64,000 nt of DNA from Vitrella brassicaformis CCMP3155. Taxonomy: Eukaryota > Protista > Chromerida. The first letter of the stretch is position 1. Every line of letters begins with the position of its first letter. Of the stretch, positions 1-11,804 are shown in pieces. The notes under the pieces are model-generated. The model made no database searches. It had not been told where the DNA came from and saw nothing but the letters and a program-made list of their open reading frames with translations. The position numbers were made by a program, and so were the translations under genes. The stretch spans positions 62,387-126,386 of the forward strand of contig CDMY01000311.1 in NCBI GenBank assembly GCA_001179505.1, read 5' to 3'.

Positions 1-25
1 GGGGGGGGCATGGTGCCAGGCTGAT

Positions 26-556
26 CTAATCTACCTGGTCTTGGTTGTTGTTTGGGTTGTTTTGCTGCTGCTGCTGCTGCTGTTGTTCCTGTCTCCTGCG
101 CTCTTTTTCCTCCTTTTGCTTCTTGCGGAGCTCCTCCTCGTCCTTGGTCGTCCGTATGGCGTCGTAGATGGCCTGCTCGTCACGCAACGCCTCCAGACGC
201 TCCTGCGGCAACCACTCCACGAAGTTCTCACGCACTGCAGCCATACGCAAACCCACCACCCCACACGACAGTACACACATAGGAAGGTCCTCATGTGGTG
301 TGTGGTGTGTGGTGTGTGTGTCTTACGGCTATCTTCAGCCAAAGGGTCCTCGGGCTGGAGTGGGTGGAGTCCCCGCGCGACGCGGAAAGTGCGCTGGAGG
401 CGCTCCTTGCGGAAGGGCGTGACGGGGCGGGCCTTCAGGACCTCGACCTCCTTCCTCTTCGACAGACCTTTCAGGTTCTGACCCAACGAACGAACAACCC
501 ATCACACGGGCACACAGACGGAGAGAGATACACACAGAGAGGGTCGAAATGTGCCC

Positions 557-591
<35 letters not shown>

Positions 592-630
592 CGTGCGTCT
601 GTCTGTTTTTCGCTGCCTGCCTGCCTCCCT

Positions 631-664
<34 letters not shown>

Positions 665-2611
665 GTCTCGCTGCTGACATACATACCTCGAAAAGTAGTT
701 TTTTGACTCTGTCGTCCATGCGCTCGAGGTCGTCTCTGGTGGGCCCCTCCTCGTCAGCAGTCGAGAAGAAGAGCTCCAGTGTGCTGCAGGGGCTGTCGCT
801 GTCGCCGTCGGGCCTGACGAGCTCGACCATGTGCTGCTCGATCTGCTCCCGCCACTGCCGGTAGCCGTCCACCATTTCCAGCACACCGTGCCAGAACTCC
901 AGCCACTCCTCCAGTTGGGTCTGACACACAATCCATCCATCCATGGGCTCATTCACGTTGGATGGACGCCACACCACCCACACAGAGACCACTTTTCACC
1001 TTTTTCCTTTCGTCTTCGGTGAGCGCGTCGGCCATTTTGACGACCGCACTGCCCTCCAGCTTGACCTCCTCCTTGGCCAGCACCCCCAGCTGGTCGAGCA
1101 TCTCCTGCAACTGCTCGGTGCGGCTCTTGGCACTGGACGACTGTGGCTGCTTGCTATCGTTGATGACCTTCTGGGACAGCCTCCAGGCCGTTTCCTGCGG
1201 GTCACGGAGGTTGAAGCGGCGATACTCTTTGGGCAGGAGGAGCGAGATCTCCTCCAGGTGCTTGTTGACCCTGGTCAGCCACCCGGTCGCTTTCTTGCGG
1301 ATCTGCTTCTCATTCTGACATACACACACACATGGAGAGAGGGAGAGAGATTTAGTGGTGGTGGTTGTGTTTGTGGTGGTGGTTGTGGTTGTGGTTGTGG
1401 TTGTGTTGTGTTGTGCTGTGTTGTGTTGTGGTGTGGTGTGGTGCAGACCTTGCGTTGCTTGTCCTCCTTGTTTTTGCCGTTCTTCTTGGCCTTCTTGCCG
1501 CCAGACTCAAACACCTGACACACACCACACACAGACGGACGGATTGGTACACAGGGTTCCATTCCACGCCACGCTCTCTCCCTCCCTCCCTCCCTCGGTC
1601 TCTGTGCTGTGCTGTGCGCGCGTGTGTGGATGGCATGATGGCCAATATATGTGCTGGATGTGCTTACCTGGACATCTAGGCCCTCCCCCTCCTGGCCCTG
1701 CACGTGCTGCTTGTCCTCGTCGTCAACCTCGTACGCCAGCACAGCTACGTAGTAGATCCCTGGGGGACGGGACACATAACCCAACCACAAACAGCCATAC
1801 ACACCACACAGACAGGCAGACAGACAGACGGAAAAATTCCCATTCATTTCCCCACTCACTCAGCCCACCAGGTCCGCCCAGCCAGGAAGTGCACTTAGCC
1901 GCTCACCTGCCCTCAGCCTGACAGTGCAGGTCATCGGTTTCCGATTCTTGAGCCTCTGCCGGCGGCCCGTCCCCTCGGTGGCCTCTAAGCCGCCCTCCCC
2001 CTCCCCGGACCGCCCCTCCTCGCCCTCGTCGTCCTCACTCTCACTCTCGGAGCCGCCGTATGACTCGTCGTCCAGCATGTCCAAGTACTTGCCATCCTCC
2101 CGGTCCCAATGGCCCGCCAGCACTTCGAAGACCGTGTCGCGCTGGGACTGCGACTGCTGGGCGGAGGGAGCAGAGGTGGACTCTAGGGTGGATGTGGACG
2201 AGTTGGCAGACGGGGAGACCTGCACACACAACCACACACACACACACACACATAGGCGTGCGTCTGTCTCCCTATCGATGTGTGGGTGCATGTCCGTGTG
2301 TTCGTGTGTGCCTGTGTGCGCACCTTGACGCGTGAGACCTTAAGGTAGTAGCCGAGCCTGTCGTGGTTCTCTCGGTTGTGCTCCCACGCAAAGGTGAGCT
2401 CCTCGTCCCAGACCTCGTCAGCATGGTGGCACCGCTCCCTTCCTGCCTTGTCGCCCAGCTCCGCTTTGCTGTGCCTGCCGACCAGCTGCAGGTCGGTGCA
2501 CGCGGCAATCTGCCGCTGACCGGCCCTTTGGTCGCGCGACGCCACATGCGACGAGTACTCCCGTTCGCCGTCCTCCGACCCGCTGTCCGAGTGCCTCACG
2601 GACGACGCCAT
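26..2611 (-). CDS. Multi-exon hypothetical protein (acidic/low-complexity N-half, helical C-half, poly-Q/N tail)
   Basis: Successive minus-strand exon-like segments (MASSVRHSDSG..., RDTVFEVLAGHWDREDGKYLDML, EKQIRKKATGWLTRVNKHLEE, TQLEEWLEFWHGVLEMVDGY, AVRENFVEWLPQERLEALRDEQAIY...QVD*) are separated by microsatellite introns. No family recognised. Confidence 0.7.
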
Positions 2612-2879
2612 GCGGCTACCAACGTGCTACGGCAGACTACGACGAGCGGTGGGTGTCGGCTGCGATGCGGCGAGATGCATCCACACACGCCGAGGGCGGT
2701 GGATGGGAGATGATGCTGATGGGATTGCAGGAGCTGCTGGGCAGCCGAAGGACGCGGACACTGCCGTGCCAAATGCCAAATCACTCACACTCGAGGGAAA
2801 GCGATCTCGTCAGCAAGCTCGCGCCGTTTTTTGGCTCACACATCTCGTCCAGATCTCTGCACCTGCAAAGGAGCTGATC

Positions 2880-5800
2880 ATGAGAATAGACATGCCGAGC
2901 AACCGGAGCGAGGCCTACGAGCTGGCCCTCCCCTTCCGGCCCTTCCTCGGCGGCGACGCCTTTACCGTCTACAGAATGAACTACCGCAACTTCGTAAGCC
3001 TTCACGTCACTTGAGAGAAGAAGGAAACGGCCCGCACCTCTTGCAGTCAACCGCCTCAGGTCCGCCTGCGTGTGTGTGGTGTGTGTTTGCTCATGAAACG
3101 CAGCGTCGGGGCTACGCCAAGGGCGCGGCAGGCGAGACTGCCGATGTGGCCCGTCAGTCGAGCTACATCAATCTGCAGCACCAGTCGGCCGGCCGGGACC
3201 TGCCCGACAAGATCATTCACGTCGACTCGGGCGAGAGCCCCGGGGGTGCCAGCCCAGGCGGCCAGTCCTACCTCATGGAGGACACCGAGATGCTCAAGAT
3301 ATCGTCCTTCATATCGGTAAGCAGCCGATGGAATAGGATGGGCTGATGGATGGCTGGGATGCATGGCTGGTGCCTGCCGTGTGTACGACGTAAGTGAGTG
3401 TGGCTGCCGTGCATTGCATTCATTTGTCTGTCTGTCAGGACTTGGACCGGTTTCGCTCGGACTATCGGAACTTCCGCAGGGGACAGTCCAAGGGCGCACA
3501 GAGGGAGCTCTCCGATGGTACACACACACGTGTTGATTGACCACATGCACACACACGGATCTGAGTGTGTGTGTGTGTGTGTCAGTGACCAAGAACATCA
3601 CCAGCCAGCACTTGGCGCTGCTGCCGGTCTCCCAGCTGCGGCAGCTCATCCTGGCGGGGTCTGAGAGCCTCAAGGGCGCCAGCAACTACGAGAAGGACAA
3701 GTCGCTCATCGTCACCGACGGGGGCTTCCGCGACCGACTGCAGGGCCGCGGATTCAGACCCACCAAATTCCACGTCCATGTGGGTGGGCCGGCAGAGCAG
3801 AAAACACCACGCTGCGCTGCACACGGCACATCTGTCCGTGTTTGTGTGTGTGTGGGTGTTTGCTCTCTCTCTCTCTTTTCTGATTGTCGTCAGTTCGGTG
3901 CTGGCAAGTTGGGCCTCGGTTTGGTGGTGCCGTCGATGGTGGCGAGCAACAAGTCATTCGCCATCATCAACGAGCGGCTCACCAGCTGGTACCTACCCGA
4001 GAGGGAGACGAGAAGCAGACGACAAGAACGGACCAGATCATGTGTTAGGAGGGTTGGGTCGGGTGTGTGGGTGCGTGGGTGCGGTACAGGCAGAGGATCA
4101 TCGAGGGCTCCGCATCGACTGTTAACATCAAAGTCAACGGCACTCACGTCACATCCATGACCGTGTAAGCAACCAACCAACACACAACACACACATGGAC
4201 CATCCCATCCTCCCTCCCTGCCCACTTCTCTCTCCTCTCCAGCCTCCGTTCTGGCGACCCCCTGCCCCCCCTCCCTCCCCCCGACGCGCCGCCTCTCCGG
4301 CTCTTCGTGGTGTCCGACGAGGACGCCAAGATCGCCCAGCTCATCTGCATGGCCACATCGTACTCCACCGCACTCGGACCGGCCATCGGGCAGATCGGCA
4401 CCAAGATCGACGAGGCCTACAGCGGACAAACACGAGAGGCCGACAGTGGAGGGTTGAAGCCGACGCTGTTTGCGTGCGAGAATGACCACAAAGCGGGTGG
4501 GTGAGGTGGGTGGGGAGCTGATTGATGTGTGTATGTGTGTGTGTGTGTGTGGTGTTTAGTTGATGCGTTGACCGAGCAGCTGCGCGATCATGTGGATGTG
4601 GTGCACTGCATGGTCGACCGCATCTGCACCGGCAGGGACGTCACGGCAGAAGAGGTAAAGGACACACACAAACACACACACACACACACACAGCACACAC
4701 AACACAAAAGCCGCCTTAATTACCCTCCCATCCTCCGTGTGTGAATGGAATGTGTGTCTGTGTGTGTCAGATATCTGTGACGACAGAGCCCGACGACGGC
4801 GCCATAGTGGTCATGACGCCCTCCACCCCGCCCGCATACGCACCCGCATTCGGCGGGTCATGCTTCTCGCTCCCACTCGTGGAGGCTGAGGCCCAATACT
4901 TCGCAAATCGGAAGATCACCATCGTCAACGGTATGTATCCGTCTGTGTTGCCCTGTGTAATAATATAATGGTCGGCGAACAAACACTGTGCGCCTGTCTC
5001 TGTGTGTGTGTGTGTGTGTGTGTGAAGGCATGCACACGACGTTGGCCTTTATGACTCTGTGCCACGCCCAGCAGGATGGCGATGACGACCCAAGTGAGCC
5101 AGAGGCACACCCACACCACACACACACACACAGGCACACACACAGACACACACGCGCGCGCGATGATGTGTGTGTGTTGTGTGTGTTGGTATGTGCAGGG
5201 AGTCACGATTTGTTGACGAGCGCGACGCTGCCCGAGGAGAAGCAGCGAGAGGTGTACGCCTGGGCGGTGGCCAGAGTGCTCATGATTCTCAACCAACACG
5301 ATAAACACGTCATCAAGGTCTGTCTGGTCTGTGTGCCAACACACCAGATCGATCAACCCAGCCATAGCATAGATGTTATGTTCAGCATGCGCACGGCGTG
5401 TTGGAGGACGAGAAAGTGGCGCAGATCCTCATCGACTACGCCACACGCACACTGCAAAGGTAGGTACCCACCGCACTCAGTCATCGGTGTGCCGAGTACA
5501 GCCAGCCAAGGGTGTGGTGTGGTGTGGTGTGTGTGCTGTGTCGTGTGTGATGTGATGTGATATATGTGCTGTCGACAGGTTCACGACCATCCCCGACACC
5601 ACCGGGCGCATCCTCAGCGGCGGAGTCACCAACCGGTCAGTCAGTCAGGATGCCAGGACTGACGTCAGCCAGGCCAGGCTGGCTGCCCAACACACCCACA
5701 ATGAGCTGAGCACTCACATGGGTCGTTGGTGTGGTGGGTGTGTTTGGTGTGGGGGGTGCAGTTGGCAGACTCGTTTGAAGCCGGTGGATCTCTTCCTGAT

Positions 5801-6044
5801 GACCTATGACGTGGACGAAATCCCACTGGGCAAAACTGTCCTGCGGTGTGTACATCACACAATCACACACACAGGCACACACACACACAGTCAGATGGGT
5901 GACGTGTTGCCGTGTGCTGTGGTGGTGTGGGCGCGGCGCCTGTGCAGTTTGTCTGGCCTCAAGGAGACATTTCTGCTCAAGGCCGTCCGACGGCTCGTGG
6001 AAAACACATACAGGTGAGTTGTCGCGCGCACACACACACACAAA

Positions 6045-6077
<33 letters not shown>

Positions 6078-6226
6078 GGGGAGGAAAACGCGACGGATGC
6101 GTGTGTGTGTGCTGCAGGTTTACGGGTTTGTCGGTGGTGCATCGGCAAGCCGAGGGCTCGACGGTGCACAAGAGTGTCCTCAACAACATTCCCGCCAAGG
6201 ACGCCAACACCGCCAAAGGCGCGTGA
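2880..6226 (+). CDS. M1PDH: Mannitol-1-phosphate 5-dehydrogenase (MtlD-like, algal/apicomplexan type) with N-terminal extension
   Basis: Spliced product has the Rossmann motif FGAGKLGLGLV, then TLFACENDH, HCMVDRICT and RKITIVNGMHTTLAF, which match the MtlD signatures (FGAGxxG, ACEN, VDRI, RKxxxxNxxH). About 17 GT-AG exons. Confidence 0.85.
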
Positions 6227-7454
6227 CAGACACGACCCAGCTACGTACCTGCACACAGACAGACACAGAGAGAGGGGAGAGCTAAGCCTACGTTCGTACG
6301 TGTGCGTACAACGCAATCAATGCCGGCCTGCAACGAACGCATCGAGCTACCGTATGCAGTTGGCTCGCTTCATTGTACGTATCCAGACAAACATACCCTA
6401 CATATGCAGAGAGAGGTGAGGTGTGAGGTGTGAGAGGGTGAGGGTCCTTCCACCCCATGCCATGCACTTTCTAGAGAGAAGAGAGCTCACATACACACAT
6501 ATGCACGCACGTGGCGCCATGCCCGTGAGAATCCTCTCTCTGTTCGTGTCTGTCTGTCTGTCTGTATGTCGTTACGCTCTCTTTCTAGACATATCTGAAT
6601 GCGTGAGCGTCCTGCCTGACGCATGCATGATTTAAAGTTTTTCCGTGTGTGGGTCGGTCTATGTGTCTATTGTATGTATGTATGTTTGTATGTATGATGG
6701 AATCATATAATGCTTTCTGGGATGGAATATATGGGATTTGTTGAGGTGAATATGATGATGCGATGCTGCATGTGTGTGTAGATAGCATAGCCCAGTCCGG
6801 TCCGGTTGGCTCTCAATGGTGTGTGTGTCTTGGTCATCCTGCTTGCTCTCTGTGTGTGTGTAGATAGCCTAGCCCGGTCCGGTTGGCTCCCAATCAGTGA
6901 AGGATGTGTTTGTTTGTTTGTACGTGTGTTGCGTTGGTCCTGCCTTACCCTACCCTACTACTCGATCCGTTTGCTGCATCTCCCTCAGCAATATGCCGTC
7001 GAAGAGATCGGTCCAGCGGTGCGATGTCAGTTCATCGCTCCGTTGCACCATACTCGTCGGCGGCACATTGGTGGCGGAACAGGCAAGTGGGCGAGAGAAT
7101 ACACACACCTGTACAAGGCCGAAATGAACAGAGAGAGGATGGGTGCTGGGTGTGCCGGCCGGCCCGGCTGGTGATTTCTCAATATATTTGACTTTCTGGT
7201 GTCTGGTGTGGGCAATGCAATGTGTTGTGTGGACGGGACGGACAGACCAGACGTTCGTTACATTTAATGACAGTCAGCACAACACAACACATGTGTGAAA
7301 AAATGAGAGGTCATCATTCACTCTCTCAGTGCTCCATCTATCGATAGGGGTGGGACCGAAACCGCACATAAACACTCACACAGACAGACAGGCACACGCA
7401 CACGCCCTCTCCGTAGGTAGACACACACAACTCCTCGTAAGGAAACCAAAATCA

Positions 7455-8950
7455 TCATCGCAGCGGCGTGTTGAATAGGTTGTCGACGAAGCTGTCGGCC
7501 GATGATTCCCCATTGGAAGCTGTCGGCACTGCACCCACAGCAGTCAGTACAAACAAGACAGACACATTGGGATGATGCTTTGTACCGTGCGGTGCATTGG
7601 TGTGCTCCCACTTGTCTGGTTGGTGTGTTTGACAACCTTGGCCGCCTTGGCCGCCTGACACGACACACAAGCCGAGACATCCATCATACACACGACACAC
7701 ACACATGCCCACCATCAATTGCCCGACCTGACCTGCCTCCCTCACTTTGTTGTCACTGCGTCGTTTCTTGGCCTCGGCCTTCTTGGCTGCATTGTGGTGG
7801 TTTGTCTGGTGGTGGTCCTGCTTCATGTTGAGCATCCCGCACACACAGTGGTTGACCGTCTTGCGCAGCCGCGCCGACCCAATGGTCTCGTCGGGCGCAT
7901 AGCGGAAGAAAAAAGGCTCGCCGCCCCACCAGCCACGCACCGTCGGATGGCTCTCGTCCTCACTGAGTCGGCCGACCTTCGCAAAAACGATCTGGTCGTA
8001 CTCGAACTCGCGGCCCCGGCCACCGCGCTGGCGGCTGGCGGCCGTCTGCTCGTCTGTCATCATGCCGTCTCTCCGTGTGGGTGTGATGTAGATTGCGGTG
8101 TCTTGTGGCCAATGGGGAAGGCCTCTGAGTCGCAGGCAGACGGGCGTGTGGCGGGGCAGCTTGGTGTGAGAGCGCTGCTGGTAAGCCACCCAGGTGCCGT
8201 CTGGCGTCATGTAGACGATGGTCGGCTTCTCTGTGGCCCTCTGCCAGTCGGCAATGAGCGTGTTGGCCACGACAACTGCACACACAGACAGACAGACAGA
8301 GGCACAGACAGACAGACAGACACAGACAGAGAATCCATGGACAGACACGCAGCACATAACAGTGCTGAGTCGCCGACCGTTGACATTATCTGGCGGAGCG
8401 TATGGCAGTGCATCTTGATTGGTGTAGTAGTTCTGGGGAGGGGCACCGTAGCTGTAGCCGTCAGAATCAAAGTCTTCGGCCTCCATGACCTGAGGCGGCA
8501 GCACAGGACAGCCGGCGCCTGCCTCGCCGACGGCCACATGCATCCACCCACCCTGTGTGTGCATTCGTAGCTGCTCTACTGCAGATAGATACTGCAGATC
8601 TCGTCTGTGCCAATGAGGCCCTCACAGCCACGCAGGCACCCCCTCACCACAGGATCCCGGATAACCGAAATCTGGCGGCGCTGCTCGCCAACGAGCTTCT
8701 TACTGCCGGCTGCCTCTGCGCCAGGGCTGCTGCGTGCTGCTGGTGTGTGTAGGGGAAGGCCCATTAAATATGCCACACCGAGGTCCCGATAAGCAGAGTG
8801 CTGCATGGATGGATCGGAACGGCGGAGTTCCCTCCGAGGCGGAATGAACCATTGCCTTGCAACGTCTGCCTGTGCTTGCCGACAGACAGCTGCGCCGCCC
8901 CATCTCCTCATCGCAGGGGAAGCAGCTGGCCATATTGAGATGCAGGACGA
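7455..8950 (-). CDS. Multi-exon hypothetical protein; 5' end uncertain
   Basis: Coding-like exons: QISVIRDPV / MEAEDFDSDGYSYGAPP / VVVANTLIADWQRATEKPTIVYMTPDGTWVAY...EYDQIVFAKVGRL...WWGGEPFFFRY / ...NLFNTPLR*. No family recognised. Confidence 0.55.
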
Positions 8951-9108
8951 CCAAGCCGCTCGACAAACCTGCACGACACACAAGCACAGCACGTGCAACA
9001 CGGACGAGAGCTCCCTGCGAGCTAAGCATGCAAGAGGGGGGAGAAGGAGGAGTCCACTGCTGCCCACAGATCCAGGCTTGTGCGCTGCAGTCGTGGCGTT
9101 AGCCGTTC

Positions 9109-10037
9109 ATGATGGAGAGTGAGGGCGATAGGCAACGACGGCTGCAGGGTCGGCCTCCTGACACGCCTCATGACGACGTTCGAGACGGATCAGCTGCTCC
9201 TGATGTTCAAGAGGAGCCTGCCAGAGACGAGAGCAGTGGTGAGACCACACATGGGCTGGGAGAAGATCCGAATGCACTTCACTTCATCAGCTGCTCTGCT
9301 TGGGTGTGCTGTGTCTGCAGGCATGGACGATCCCCCGGTGTCTGGCGCTTCGGAGCCTCCTCCTGCTCCACGGCAGCAAGCAGCAGAGATGGGGTTCGGA
9401 CGCAAAACAGCGCTCTGCAAGTGAGCACGGATGACGAGCAGGAAGTGTCCCGTCGGTGACTTGCTGTTGTTTGCGTTGGTCTGTCTGTCAGGTATTGGGC
9501 TCCCCATTGGTCCAAGAATCGCTGCATCTATGGGCGGGACTGCTACTTCGCCCATGGCGAGGACGAGCTGCGACTCCCCACGCACTGTAAGCACGTCCAA
9601 CAGAGAGAGGCCGCGCTCCTTCCTTCCTCTCATTTGTCGTCGTTCTCTGTGTGTCCATCTATCTGTTCGTCTGTGTCAGTGCCCAAGACCAAGCTGTGTC
9701 CCGTTTTCCTGAAGACGGGCGAGTGCAGCAAGGGAAGGTCATGCCCCCTCGCACACGGAGACCAGGTGGGGGAGTGGGGGGGTGCAATCAGTGTGGTGCA
9801 GACCGTCATTCGTGCCTCCCTTGTGTGTCTTCTTCTCTCTCCTGATCTGTCTGTCAGGAGCGTCATGATGTGAGAGAGATGAGCGACGAGCCGTGCCGTT
9901 TCTTCTTGGAAGGGCGGTGCAATCGGGGGTCGATGTGCCGCTACTACCACGACACGGCTGACAAGCCGAAGACTGGCAGGGGCCCCATACTGGGGGACTT
10001 CGTGCCGACCGCCTATTATCGATCACGGAGACGTTGA
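9109..10037 (+). CDS. CCCH-type zinc-finger protein (3 fingers)
   Basis: Spliced in frame: RKTALCK|YWAPHWSKNRCIYGRDCYFAHGEDELR, KTKLCPVFLKTGECSKGRSCPLAHG and CRFFLEGRCNRGSMCRYYHD. TGA at 10035-10037. Confidence 0.88.
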
Positions 10038-11213
10038 GCAGCTGTACTGTGTACATGCCTGCGGGCGGTGCTGGCTGGGCAGATTACTCTGTCTGCGTCG
10101 TGAGTGCGCTGGCTGCATCGAAGGTGTTGTCCCTCTGGTGGTTTGCGTGAGGTGTGCCGGCTGCGCACAGAGCGCGGTGATGACCCATCGCACTCTGAGC
10201 TCTTGTTTGAACACCGAACGGAAACGAGCGGAGGGTGCAGTGCAGTGGCAGCGCCTGTGTATGGCAGTTGGAGCAGGCCGGGCCGGGCTGTGTGCAGTGA
10301 GTGAAACAGACAGACAGACAGACAGACAGACAAGGGGGGTTGTGGGCTGTGTGGTGGGGACACTGTACAGACAGAAGCATGTAGGTTCATGAAATGTTTG
10401 TTACAATGGCAGGGAGGGACATTGATCGATCGATCGGCCGTGTCAGTCGACTCAGTGATGAAATGAATGAATCCTTCACCTTGAGGCACATGGATGGATG
10501 AAACACGAAGTAACCTTCCTCTCCTCTCTCTCTGAGCGTGTGTGTGTGTGTGTTGATGGACATGGACACCGTCACTGATGCGATGCGGCGACGGGTGGGT
10601 GCTGCGGAGTTCAGAAGAGAATTTGTAGTATAAATCTATGGCTGCAGCTAGGTAGCTAGCTACTTGGCAGCTAGCTACGTGAATGGCGCACATGCAATCA
10701 ATACACATGGTTTGACCATGTTGGTTGATTTGTACGGGTGATGGTTGGTTTGTGCGAGTTGTGCGAGTTGAACGAGTCAGGTCAACACTGTAGGAAAACC
10801 ATTGATTGATGCTGTCTGTCGAGAGTCCAATCCAAAGGATAGCAATGGACTGACTGGACGAAGCGCACAAATACTGACTGTCGTGTACACCAACCACAAA
10901 GCCCACGTGGGCCCCAACCTTTGTCTATCTGTCTGTCTGTCTCACCGCACACACTACCGCCCGCCCCCTAACATACACACACTGCCGTCAAGGAGGGACA
11001 CCCTCCGCTCATTCGATGACATGGCCCATCCATCATCAATCAGTTCATTCAGGGTGCGATGGTGTCGTCACCGCACTCGCTCTATTCACTCACTGGCCGG
11101 GCCGGGTCACGTCACTCCCTCACTCAAACCACCCCCCACCCCCCCATCCATCGGTGTGCGCAGTACATTCATTCGTGTGTGTCGGTGCTGTGCTACACAC
11201 AGATCACATCACA

Positions 11214-11561
11214 TCACACCCTGTCATCGTTCCTGTTGAGGTAATCATCGCCGTAGAGCCACTTGCCGAGCCCGCGAGGTTCATGAGCCCCGAAGAGCGT
11301 TACCGACCAGTCGTAGGAACAGAGCAAGCCCACCGCCATCATGAACGTCATTATCCGCCCATAAGGCCTGAAGGAATGAATGGCACAGACTTACAGGCAT
11401 GTAGGTTCGTTCGCTTCATTCGTGCAGGCGGGCCGTGTGTAGCGTGTGCAGCGTACGTACGAGTGCACGAGTCCGAAGTGTGTCTTGCCGCTGGCCCTGA
11501 TCATGTTGGCTGGCGCATATCCCGACGGACCGCGGGTAAGCTTACCCAACCCCAGTCCCAT
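11214..11561 (-). CDS. Small (~84 aa) single-transmembrane protein, two exons, not in the ORF track as a unit
   Basis: Exon 1 (11561-11461) and exon 2 (11367-11214) are joined by a phase-2 GT-AG intron. Product: MGLGLGKLTRGPSGYAPANMIRASGKTHFGLVHSPYGRIMTFMMAVGLLCSYDWSVTLFGAHEPRGLGKWLYGDDYLNRNDDRV*. A further 3' intron is possible. Confidence 0.65.
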
Positions 11562-11804
11562 GGCGATCGACGGGGGGAAGGAAGCCGGCCGAGCCAGCAA
11601 AAGAATATACCCACCCAAGATCCCCCGTGCGCCCCCTCCTGTGGCGAAATTGACGGGTGGAGTGCCATTGAGCTCGCAAAATCTGCCTAGGGTTCTGCCT
11701 GAAACCGCTGCCTGCCGAAGGGCGACGCTGCGCTGAGGAGTGCTGCAGCTATAGAGTGGTGGGTTCGCTGAGCGAAGAAATTGAGTTGCGTTAGTTTTCT
11801 TTCG

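Noticed and set aside
6900-7130. Coding-looking minus-strand stretch (LACSATNVPPTSMVQRSDELTSHRWTDLFDGILLREMQQ)
   Set aside because: I could not link it by splice phase to the upstream gene, which appears to stop at 7455. It may be UTR or an alternative exon.
10016-10906. 296-aa minus-strand ORF and other long ORFs rich in CVCV/THTH/SLSL
   Set aside because: These are translations of (TG)n/(CA)n/(GA)n microsatellites in introns or UTRs, with no domain signal.
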